In this document: one piece after another, positions 18,561 to 26,471 of the stretch
Layout of the letters: the number at the start of each line of letters is the position of its first letter
Numbering within the stretch: position 1 is the first letter of the stretch
Origin: a virus
Lineage: Duplodnaviria > Caudoviricetes
Strand: one strand, 5' to 3'
Virus record (IMG/VR): IMGVR_UViG_3300005440_000008
Coordinates: 1 to 64,000 of that record
DNA: 64,000 bases
The notes under the pieces: model-generated
The model's database searches: none
Told to the model about the DNA's origin: nothing
What the model saw: only the letters and a program-made list of their open reading frames with translations
Position numbers and translations under genes: made by a program

Positions 18561-20041
18561 GCTGCCTTCCGACGCTTCGAAGTCTTCCGCTTCGCGGCAG
18601 CCCGCGGTGCCGTGGCGGTCTTCGGCGCGGCGGGCTTCTCCGTCGGCGCCGCGGCGTCCACGATCTTCGTGACGTCGATGCGGAACGCCTTCACCGCCCT
18701 GATGAATGCGTCCCGGCGGTAGTAGTCCACGGCGTCGTCGGCCAGGTAGGCGAAGGCCGCCCGGCGCACCACGTCCTCGGCCGTCGTCCCGCGCCCGATG
18801 TAGTCATCCAGCTTGACGCCACGGGCATACCCGCGGCTCTCGGGCGTGATGATGGCGGCCAGCGGCCCGGCCGGACCGGCGGGCGCCTTCTTGATCGCCT
18901 CTGCCAGGGCCTCCAGGAGCTTCGGGGTGGCCTTCTGCCAGCGGGTGTGCTCCGCGGCCCGGCGCTGCTGCTCCTGCTGGTCCCGGCGCTGCGCCGCGGC
19001 CAGGCGCGCGCCGGCGGCCCCGCCGCTTGCGCCCGACACCGCGCGCCGCTTCCGGTCCCGCTGCTCCGCCCCCCAGTGAGTCGCGCACTTGTCCTTGTTG
19101 ACGCAGACCTTGAAGGCGTCCCCGCGGCCCGGCCCGACGACGATGACGCCGGCCACCGCGTAGTCGCAGGCCTTCGACTTGGCCGCGCCGTCCGCGCGCC
19201 GCCACGAGCGTGGGCCGAATGTCTTGCCCTCCCGGGCGTCGGGGTCGATGTAGTGGTCGTGGGTGATGGCGACGACCTTCTCCTTCGCCTCCACCGCCGC
19301 CGTGACCACCCCCACCGTCTCGGGGAACAGCACCGGATCGGCCGCGATCGGGTTGAAGCGCACGTGCTTGTCCACCCAGCCCTGGAACTCCCGGACGCTG
19401 ACCGGCTTGAGGGCCTGGGCCCGGCCGGCCGGTCGGTCGTCGGGCCCGAACAGCACGAGCTCGCGCGTGAACAGGCCGCCGCCGGTGACATTGGGATCGA
19501 GCGCGCGGGCCTGGTCGTCGCCCGTGAGCCGGGCCAGGATGACCGCGTGCCCCAGCGTGATCGTCTCCTCGAGGAAGAGCTTCTGGGCCATCTTGATGAG
19601 CTGGCGGAGCTTCAACCGGTCGTAGATGTAGGTGCGGTCCTTGTTGACGCGCTCGGCGATCCGCGCGACGTCGTAGCCGTGCCCCTTCGCGAGGAGCTGG
19701 TGATAACACTCGGCCTCCTCGAGGGGGTGCACGTTTTCGTGGTGGAGGTTCTCGAACGCCAGCACCTCGAGGAACTCGGCGTCGGTCATCTCGCGCACGA
19801 TCGCCGGGATCACCTCGAGGCCGGCGCCCTTGGCCGCGCGGTACCGCCGATGGCCGGCCGCGATCTCGTAGCCCGTGGCATCCGGTCGCGCCAGGATCGG
19901 ATCGAGGACGCCGTGCGCGACCACGCTCTCCGTCAGCTCCTTCAGCTTGACGACGTTCCAGTGCTTGCGGGGGTTCCACGCCGACTCGTGGACGGTGTCG
20001 AGGGCGAGGACCTGGTACGCAGACGGCGCCTGAGGGGTCAT
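18557..20041 (-). CDS. ParB/Spo0J family protein
   Basis: NPRK, ESVVAHGVLDPILAR, AAGHRRYRA, ENL, HTH. Confidence 0.92.
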   Translation of the reverse strand: MTPQAPSAYQVLALDTVHESAWNPRKHWNVVKLKELTESVVAHGVLDPILARPDATGYEIAAGHRRYRAAKGAGLEVIPAIVREMTDAEFLEVLAFENLHHENVHPLEEAECYHQLLAKGHGYDVARIAERVNKDRTYIYDRLKLRQLIKMAQKLFLEETITLGHAVILARLTGDDQARALDPNVTGGGLFTRELVLFGPDDRPAGRAQALKPVSVREFQGWVDKHVRFNPIAADPVLFPETVGVVTAAVEAKEKVVAITHDHYIDPDAREGKTFGPRSWRRADGAAKSKACDYAVAGVIVVGPGRGDAFKVCVNKDKCATHWGAEQRDRKRRAVSGASGGAAGARLAAAQRRDQQEQQRRAAEHTRWQKATPKLLEALAEAIKKAPAGPAGPLAAIITPESRGYARGVKLDDYIGRGTTAEDVVRRAAFAYLADDAVDYYRRDAFIRAVKAFRIDVTKIVDAAAPTEKPAAPKTATAPRAAAKRKTSKRRKAA

Positions 20042-20347
20042 GCGGGCATCTCCTTGCGCAGCGCGAGCGCGTCGGTCGGTGAAAACCCGGGCGGCAGCGC
20101 AGCGGGTGCCGCCCGGTGCTGCTCCTGGGCGGGGAGGCGGACTCCGTCCTGGGGCTTCGACGCGTGAGGGCCGTGACTGATAAGGCGCACGGCCATGTGC
20201 CTCCGCGGGCGACTGGGTCTCGGGTCCGCCGCTGTCGGCCTCGCCAGCCCCACCCGCGTCTTCGCCGTGTCCGGCGCGTCGAGGACACTCACCAGGCTCA
20301 CCGCTTCCCCTCTTGTGGCGTTCGCATCAATCGGCTTCGGTCGAAGA

Positions 20348-20479
20348 TCATCGCCCCGCCTCCTCGACGGTCACCACGTCGAAGCCGTCCTCCTCGAGCG
20401 CGTCCCGCACGTCGTCCAGGATCGCTATTACGGGCTCGTCGTCGTCCACGTTCACCTCGACGATCAGCCGTCGCTTCAT
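20348..20479 (-). CDS. Small acidic hypothetical protein (43 aa)
   Basis: Hand translation MKRRLIVEVNVDDDEPV...; below the ORF-track length cutoff. Confidence 0.5.
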   Translation of the reverse strand: MKRRLIVEVNVDDDEPVIAILDDVRDALEEDGFDVVTVEEAGR

Positions 20480-20513
20480 CCCTTGGTCTCCGTCACCCTG
20501 GTCCTCATGGCCA

Positions 20514-21065
20514 TCAGGCCCGCCGCTCCCACCCCGGAATGGCGCCGGCGAGCAGGCGCTGCGCCTCCCGGAACCAGTCCTGATCGATCAGCACCACGCG
20601 CTCGTCGGGGAAAAACGCTTTCATCCGCGCGAGGCGCACGCGGCTCTTCGCGTCCATCCACCCCTTGACCTCGTGCCACTCGTGGTGGCCATCGGGGTAG
20701 CCCACGCGGAAGTCCGGGGTATAGCGGCCGGTACCACCGGTGACGCCGGTGAACACGAACGTCTCCGCCTCGTAGGCCCAACCGGTGATCTTGCCCTGGC
20801 CCTCGAGAAAGCGGAGGTATCGGGCATAGTTCGATTCCCAAGAGGAGCGAAAGAATTGCCCGCCGAGATCCGCGCGGCGCCCACCGGAGCCGCCGCTATG
20901 ACCGGGGCCTCGACCGCCGCGAATCCGCTGGGCCAGGCTGCAGGCGACGGCATGCTGCAGCGCGCTGGGCGCAGCACCGGTCGAGGCGCGGCGCACGGTG
21001 GCGCGCGCATCCGGGGCGCCGCCACGGGACAGGAGCCGGAGGGCTTCCGCGCGCGTGACGTTCAC
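20514..21065 (-). CDS. Phage PD-(D/E)XK endonuclease (DUF1064-like)
   Basis: FRSSWESNYA, YTPDF, HEVKG motifs. Confidence 0.8.
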   Translation of the reverse strand: MNVTRAEALRLLSRGGAPDARATVRRASTGAAPSALQHAVACSLAQRIRGGRGPGHSGGSGGRRADLGGQFFRSSWESNYARYLRFLEGQGKITGWAYEAETFVFTGVTGGTGRYTPDFRVGYPDGHHEWHEVKGWMDAKSRVRLARMKAFFPDERVVLIDQDWFREAQRLLAGAIPGWERRA

Positions 21066-21703
21066 GTCTGCTCCGTCCGTCCGTCCGCATGGAGCGTGAC
21101 GCTGCGACCCTCGGCGCTGATCGTGACACTGGTGCAGCCCTCGGGGCCGGCCTTCGGTCGGAGATACTCGGCGAGCGGGCCCGATGCGAGATCGATCAGG
21201 CCATCCTCTCCGAGAGCGGCCAGCTCGACTACATCATGGTCGTCGCCCTCGAGGTGTGGAACCGCCTGCCGGAGGCCAAGCGCCGGGCGCTGATCGACCA
21301 CGAGCTCTGCCACGCCGATTGGAACGCAGAGACCGGCGAGTGGACGCTCTGCGCGCACGACGTAGAAGAATTTAACGCGGTCGTCCAGCGCCACGGGGCC
21401 TGGAAGTCCGACATCGCGTCGTTCCTCGAAGCGGCCAGCGTGGCGCCGGTCCAGGGGATCCTCCCGCTCGGTGACGCGGCGGACCTGGTCAAGGGCAAGA
21501 GCTTCGTAGAGGACCTGCTCGAGCCGGGAGGCCTTCTTGAGCGAAGCCCAGACCTGCTTTCCATGCTTCTTGGCGGCCTTCGGCCGTCCCACGGCGACGA
21601 TGTGCGCGCGCTCGATGTCGTGGTGCCAGCGCTCGACACAGTAGGAGATCACCGCGTCGATGTCGGGCCGGAGCTCCCAGTCCTGCTGTTCTTCTTCGGC
21701 CAT
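21062..21703 (-). pseudogene. Putative phage metallopeptidase gene with an internal inversion (21204-21513)
   Basis: N- and C-termini read naturally on minus, but the core (IDHELCH...HDVEEF...RHGAW) reads on plus in the same codon register. Confidence 0.8.
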
Positions 21704-21705
21704 GC

Positions 21706-22911
21706 TCAGGTCTCCCTCGCCAGCACGTAATCCTCGGGTCGCTTGAAGGCCATGGAGCCGTCCGGCTCGCGCCACGTGGAGGCGACCGCGGCCCGCGCGG
21801 TCCGGAGGCCCCCGTAGGCGTTCGGGTCCACCCGCAGGACGTAGCGCTTGAACGTGCCGTCGGGCTCCGCCGTCGAGTTGACGACCTGGACGAGCAGAAT
21901 GGGCTCGTCGTCCGGCACCTCGATGCGATAGAGCGTCCCGTAGCCGTCGGTGTGGTACGGCCGCGCGCCGGTCAGCGCGAGGAAGCGCTCGTGGCCGACG
22001 CGCTCGACCATCACGCGCCGGACCTCGGCGTTGCCTTCGTTCAAGATGTCCTGCCCGGTGAGAACCTCGGGCGTGAGGATGACGCGCTCCGGCACCTGGA
22101 CGCCGCGCCAGAAGTAGTAGCGGGCGCCGCCGGGCCAGGCGACCGCGGGGCCGTCGGCGGAGTGAAGCCGATCATCGACGAGCTGCAGCGCCGGACGCGA
22201 GACGGCCACCACCTCGGAGGCCGTGACGAAAAAGAGCCAGAGGCCCGCCTCGAAGGCGTCCACAAACGGCAGCCAGATGCCGATCCACCGCTCGATCGCT
22301 GCGGGGATCGGGCTCCTGGCCGCGCTCCAGGCCGCGCTCCTGGCCGCGCTCCAGGCCGCGCTCTCGGCCGCGCTCCAGGCCGCGCTCCAGGCCGCGCTCC
22401 AGGCCGCGCTCCAGGCCGCGCTCCAGGCCGCGCTCTCGGCCGCGCTCCTGGCCGCGCTCTCGGCCGCGCTCCTGGCCGCGCTCCAGGCCGCGCTCCTGGC
22501 CGCGCTCCTGGCCGCGCTCCTGGCCGCGCTCCAGGCCGCGCTCTCGGCCGCGCTCCTGGCCGCGCTCTCGGCCGCGCTCCTGGCCGCGCTCTCGGCCGCG
22601 CTCCTGGCCGCGCTCCAGGCCGCGCTCCTGGCCGCGCTCCAGGCCGCGCTCTCGGCCGCGCTCCAGGCCGCGCTCCTGGCCGCGCTCTCGGCCGCGCTCC
22701 TGGCCGCGCTCCTGGCCGCGCGGAAAACCGTGAGATACCCCTGCTCCGCGTCCTCGACCCATCGCACCGGCAACACGGGCACGCCGAGGCGCTCGAGGTG
22801 CTGCCGAATCGCGACCTCGGCGGCCCGGCGGTCGATGCGCGGCGCTGCGTGGTCGATGGCCGCGAGGCGATCGATCAGCCGCTGCGCGACCGCCGGGATG
22901 GCCGTGGCCAC
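21706..22911 (-). CDS. DUF6745-type protein with SAA(R/W/E) tetrapeptide repeat
   Basis: C-terminal LHSADGPAVAW...YFWRGV...NAEVRRVM...NSTAEPDG...YVLRVDP; GTG start. Confidence 0.8.
   Translation of the reverse strand: MATAIPAVAQRLIDRLAAIDHAAPRIDRRAAEVAIRQHLERLGVPVLPVRWVEDAEQGYLTVFRAARSAARSAAESAARSAAWSAAESAAWSAARSAAWSAARSAAESAARSAAESAARSAAESAAWSAARSAARSAARSAAWSAARSAAESAARSAAESAAWSAAWSAAWSAAWSAAWSAAESAAWSAARSAAWSAARSPIPAAIERWIGIWLPFVDAFEAGLWLFFVTASEVVAVSRPALQLVDDRLHSADGPAVAWPGGARYYFWRGVQVPERVILTPEVLTGQDILNEGNAEVRRVMVERVGHERFLALTGARPYHTDGYGTLYRIEVPDDEPILLVQVVNSTAEPDGTFKRYVLRVDPNAYGGLRTARAAVASTWREPDGSMAFKRPEDYVLARET
22312..22719 (-). repeat. 12-bp coding tandem repeat, about 34 copies
   Basis: AGC GCG GCC [AGG/TGG/GAG]; only the fourth codon varies. 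Confidence 0.97.
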
Positions 22912-22915
22912 TGGA

Positions 22916-23239
22916 TCAGTCCGCGACCCGCCGGAGCTCGGCCGGCGTGTACTCGGTCTGGTGCATCACGCGGTAGATCCCGGGGTCGAGCGCGATCGCC
23001 GCGTGCTCCTCGTGGACCAGCGCCACCGGGGCCCCGACATCGATCCGGAGGTAGAGCCGCCCGTCACGCTCGTCGAAGAGCTCGGCCAGCGCCGAGTCGA
23101 TCGCGTGCGCGTGCCCCGTGACCTCGCCGTACGCAAGCACGACGCGCCCATGGTCGCGCGGACGCATCGTCGCCGTGGCGGAGAGCGCTCGCTTGCTCGT
23201 CTTCACCAGCAATACATCGCCCTGTCGGAGAATCGTCAT
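22916..23239 (-). CDS. Conserved phage protein (RQGDV/GEVTGHAH motif), usual neighbour of DUF6745 genes
   Basis: RQGDVLL, LAYGEVTGHAH, HEEH, RRVAD end; AAAGGAG RBS. Confidence 0.85.
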   Translation of the reverse strand: MTILRQGDVLLVKTSKRALSATATMRPRDHGRVVLAYGEVTGHAHAIDSALAELFDERDGRLYLRIDVGAPVALVHEEHAAIALDPGIYRVMHQTEYTPAELRRVAD

Positions 23240-23922
23240 CGTCCACTCCTTTCGTCTGGGTCGTCTCGCTGCACGTCGGTCCCGGCTCCGCACACCTGGC
23301 CCCACTCTCCGCGGAGGCGCGCCACGATCCGGTCCGAGAGCGCATGGCTGATCTCGGCCGGGGTGAGGTTGGTCGTCACGATCGTCGGCAGCATCTCGGC
23401 CTCGCGCCACCACACAACCTCGTCGAGGAAGGCCTCCACCAGGCCCCCGCTCTTCGCGTACTCGGCCCCGAGGTCGTCGAGGACCAGGAACCAGGTGCGC
23501 TTGGCCTGCTCGAGGGCCGCCGCGCGTCGGGCCCGGTCGAGAAACGCGCCGCAGAGCGCCGGGAAGTACTGAAAGCGCGGCGTCATCCGTCGGAGCACGC
23601 GCATCCCCGCCACCGCCGCGTACGTCTTGCCGACCTGGGGGGCGCCCGCCAGGACCAGGCAGCGCCCGGCCGTGTGGTGACCCGCGACCAGATACTGGCG
23701 GACCGCGTCGAGCGCGATCGACGGGCGCCCGCGATCGAGAGCGGCATCGCGGAACCGCTTCGGCACGCCGAGCTCGGGCGCCATGGCCTGCCACCAGCCT
23801 TCCTCCTCGGCGCGCACGCGGTCGGCCTCCTGTTCCGGGGTGAGCGTGACCGCCGGCGGCAGGGTGGCGGCAACACGATCGAGGATCGGCTGGATGGCTT
23901 CGATTCCCGTCTGGTGGGTCAT
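23236..23922 (-). CDS. DnaC/IstB-like helicase loader ATPase
   Basis: GAPQVGKT, LVLDDLGAE, TIVTTNL, RIVARL. Confidence 0.9.
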   Translation of the reverse strand: MTHQTGIEAIQPILDRVAATLPPAVTLTPEQEADRVRAEEEGWWQAMAPELGVPKRFRDAALDRGRPSIALDAVRQYLVAGHHTAGRCLVLAGAPQVGKTYAAVAGMRVLRRMTPRFQYFPALCGAFLDRARRAAALEQAKRTWFLVLDDLGAEYAKSGGLVEAFLDEVVWWREAEMLPTIVTTNLTPAEISHALSDRIVARLRGEWGQVCGAGTDVQRDDPDERSGR

Positions 23923-25148
23923 AGCTGCACCCGTCCGGTCGGCGTGTCGCGCCACTTCTCGGCGATGCCCTGGCGCGAGCCGCGGGTGGTGCTTGCTGGC
24001 GGCGGTTCGTCCTTCCAGCGACCCTCATTCAGCCAGGTCGCGGGGTTGGGGATGTACTTCCCCTCCTCCCGCATGAGCCAGGGGCGCTGGCGCTCGAGCG
24101 AGGTGATGATGTCGTCGGCGTGCGCCTCGCAGCCCTTCTTAGCCCAGGCGCGCTCGGCGGCATCCTTGCCGACCTTCTTCGGATAGGCGGCCCAGAAGCG
24201 CGTGAACCCACCGGACCCCCCTCCGGAACTACTAGCCGCTAGCCGTAAGCCGTTAGCCGTGTGGTTTGGCTCTCTCGAGTTTTGCCGGCCAGATGCAGGC
24301 TTTTCCCGGCTGGTCGCAGCATCTTGCCGGCTACTCGCCGGCAACTTGCCGTGGCTCTGCCGAAACTGAGCCGTCGGATGGGGGTTCACGGCAACTGACA
24401 GGACGTCGTCCTTGTCGATCAAGAGGCAGACCACCCCTTTACTGGCGAGCTCCGCGAGGGGAAGGCTCGGCGAGAGGCTCGACCCGACGAGCACCGGGAG
24501 ACACTCGCCCGAGAGGGCCAGGTCCAGGGCGGCGCGATAACGCAGCAACTGCTCGAGCGATGGCAGGGTGATCGTCTGGCGCTTGACCTCGAACAGGATG
24601 ACGCGCGCGGGTGTCCAGGCGACGAGATCGAGCCGGTAGTCGCCCAGCCGGTACTCGCGCTCCCATGTCAGGATCTTCTCGGACACCAACAGTCGCGGGA
24701 GGTACCCCTCCAGCACGTCGACCAAGTCCCGCTCCTTGCGCCCGCAGACGATGGAGGGATGGAGCGAGAGGAAGAGCTGTTGCGTCGGGATCGATAGTTG
24801 CCCGAAGATCGCCTCGGTCGGGACTGGATTGAGCGTCCGCCGCGGGAATCGGATGTGCTGAAAATTCTGCCACACCGGGTCGCAGAGATAGGTCTCGTCC
24901 TGGTGCTCGAAGGTCAACGTCAGCCCCACCTCGGTGATTTTGTCGAGGGCCGCAAAGACATCCGCGTCCGAATGGCGGGCCAGCGCGCGATTGAAGCCGC
25001 GCACCATGGCCGCCGATCGCGGCATCACACCGAAGTCGTCCGCACACAGGAGGTAGCCGTGTTGCCACACGCGCGCCTCGAAGTCGGATAGTGACGACAC
25101 CTTGCGGGACTGGCCGAGCCGCGGACTGATGAGCCGATCGTCCGGCAT
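23919..25148 (-). CDS. Phage replication initiator with an inserted PD-(D/E)XK nuclease domain
   Basis: N-terminal ADDFG-type initiator domain; C-terminal FWAAYPKKVGK...YIPNPATWLNEGRWKDE; central RLDLVA..FEVKR..QLLRY. Confidence 0.85.
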   Translation of the reverse strand: MPDDRLISPRLGQSRKVSSLSDFEARVWQHGYLLCADDFGVMPRSAAMVRGFNRALARHSDADVFAALDKITEVGLTLTFEHQDETYLCDPVWQNFQHIRFPRRTLNPVPTEAIFGQLSIPTQQLFLSLHPSIVCGRKERDLVDVLEGYLPRLLVSEKILTWEREYRLGDYRLDLVAWTPARVILFEVKRQTITLPSLEQLLRYRAALDLALSGECLPVLVGSSLSPSLPLAELASKGVVCLLIDKDDVLSVAVNPHPTAQFRQSHGKLPASSRQDAATSREKPASGRQNSREPNHTANGLRLAASSSGGGSGGFTRFWAAYPKKVGKDAAERAWAKKGCEAHADDIITSLERQRPWLMREEGKYIPNPATWLNEGRWKDEPPPASTTRGSRQGIAEKWRDTPTGRVQL

Positions 25149-25234
25149 ACTGTCCTTCCGTCCGAATGAAAGAGGGAGAGCGAAGAGCGGCGCGGCCGTT
25201 GGCGTCTCGCGCAGCGATAGGGAAAGGGCCAGGC

Positions 25235-25699
25235 TCATACGTTCGCGCCGCGCGCCGCCCACTTGTCTGGCGCCATCTCGATCCGTGCGTCGAAGCCGCC
25301 GCCACCGAGCGCGCGGACGACGAGCCGGCCCTTGGCGTAGGGCCAGTCCGTGCGCGCGTGGCAGTCGTGGCAGAGCGTCACGAGGTTGTCCTCGACGTGC
25401 GGGCCGCCCTGGCTGCGCTTCGTGACGTGGTGGAGCTCGAGGCGCCGCGTCGAGCGGCAGAAGATGCAGCGGCGTCCGTCCCGATTGAGCACGGCCTGGC
25501 GAACCCGATCGGAGATCGCCTCCTGGGCCATCCGCGATCGCCCGATGCGGCCGCGACGGCTCGGGGCTCCCTCGAGGGTGACGCGCACGGGCACGGCCTC
25601 CTCATCGTCAGCGAGGCAGACCAGCTCCTCGCGCTTGGCCCGAATCTCCCGGAGCCTCCCGTCCGACGTCAGCCGGCCCCACCACCGCGTCGTGCGCAT
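25235..25699 (-). CDS. HNH endonuclease
   Basis: RDGRRCIFC..LELHH..GG..NLVTLCHDCH. Confidence 0.9.
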   Translation of the reverse strand: MRTTRWWGRLTSDGRLREIRAKREELVCLADDEEAVPVRVTLEGAPSRRGRIGRSRMAQEAISDRVRQAVLNRDGRRCIFCRSTRRLELHHVTKRSQGGPHVEDNLVTLCHDCHARTDWPYAKGRLVVRALGGGGFDARIEMAPDKWAARGANV

Positions 25700-26301
25700 C
25701 AGGCCCGCGCCACGGTCAGGAACGAGACGCAGAGGACCTCGAGGGCGCGGAACGCGACGTCGCCGTCCTCGGCGCGCGCGGGATCCGGCGCCGTGGTGTC
25801 GAGGACCGTCGGCAGCGTGGCCACCATGGCGGCCTTCACGGTCGGCTCGAGGGTGCGCGGGATCCGGACCCGGAACTCCGTCCAGGACTCGAGCCCGAGC
25901 GCGCGATCCACGATCTCCTGGAACTCCGTCGAGCGCCGGACCTGGATGGCGGCGTCGATCCAGCGCTCGACATCACCGCCGGCGCCTATCACGCGGAGGA
26001 GGACGAGCGCGCGGACGCGTGAGACCTCGCGCCAGCGCGCGAGCGGGACCGTCGCCTGGTGCGTGAGCATGAGCGGCCACAACCGCTCCACCAGCTCGAC
26101 GTACGTCGCCGGCGGCAGGTCGAGCTCGTTCACCGCGTAGGCCCGGGCCGTCGGATGGCCGTACACGAGATAGAGCTGCTCGTCGCGGATCCGGCCCAGG
26201 ATCTGCGCCAGCTCGGACCAGTGGGCCGTCTCATGGGGCTGCGCGATCGCGCGCGCCCGCTCGCGGAGCTCCTCGGGGGTGAGCCGGCCGAAGTCGGTCA
26301 T
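25699..26301 (-). CDS. Hypothetical protein
   Basis: IRDEQLYLVYGH..AYAVNEL motif; coupled overlaps. Confidence 0.65.
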   Translation of the reverse strand: MTDFGRLTPEELRERARAIAQPHETAHWSELAQILGRIRDEQLYLVYGHPTARAYAVNELDLPPATYVELVERLWPLMLTHQATVPLARWREVSRVRALVLLRVIGAGGDVERWIDAAIQVRRSTEFQEIVDRALGLESWTEFRVRIPRTLEPTVKAAMVATLPTVLDTTAPDPARAEDGDVAFRALEVLCVSFLTVARA

Positions 26302-26471
26302 GCCATCGCCGCCGCACGGGTCCGATCGAGGTGCGCGCGCCAGCAACGCGGGCAGAGGTCGTGGCCCTTGAGCGGGCGGGCATGCACGCCCCGGAACCCG
26401 ACCCGGGCGCGCTTCCGACCTGGTCGGGCCACCACCATGGCCGGGCGGCCGCACTCGCAGCGGTGGACCAT
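26298..26471 (-). CDS. Small Zn-finger protein
   Basis: CECG...LCPRC. Confidence 0.55.
   Translation of the reverse strand: MVHRCECGRPAMVVARPGRKRARVGFRGVHARPLKGHDLCPRCWRAHLDRTRAAAMA

Noticed and set aside
21206-21501. CTCT/AGAG 4-bp repeats as the inversion breakpoints
   Set aside because: They would break the reading frame; the TCCTCT/AGAGGA pair is longer and restores it.
22312-22719. CRISPR array or DGR variable region
   Set aside because: 12-bp units with no unique spacers, in frame within a CDS; no cas operon or reverse transcriptase in the window.
21952-23572. Plus-strand ORFs with RAPG/ALLAALQA repeats and the minus-strand GQER ORF
   Set aside because: Alternative-frame shadows of the 12-bp repeat; only the SAAx frame joins a recognisable domain.
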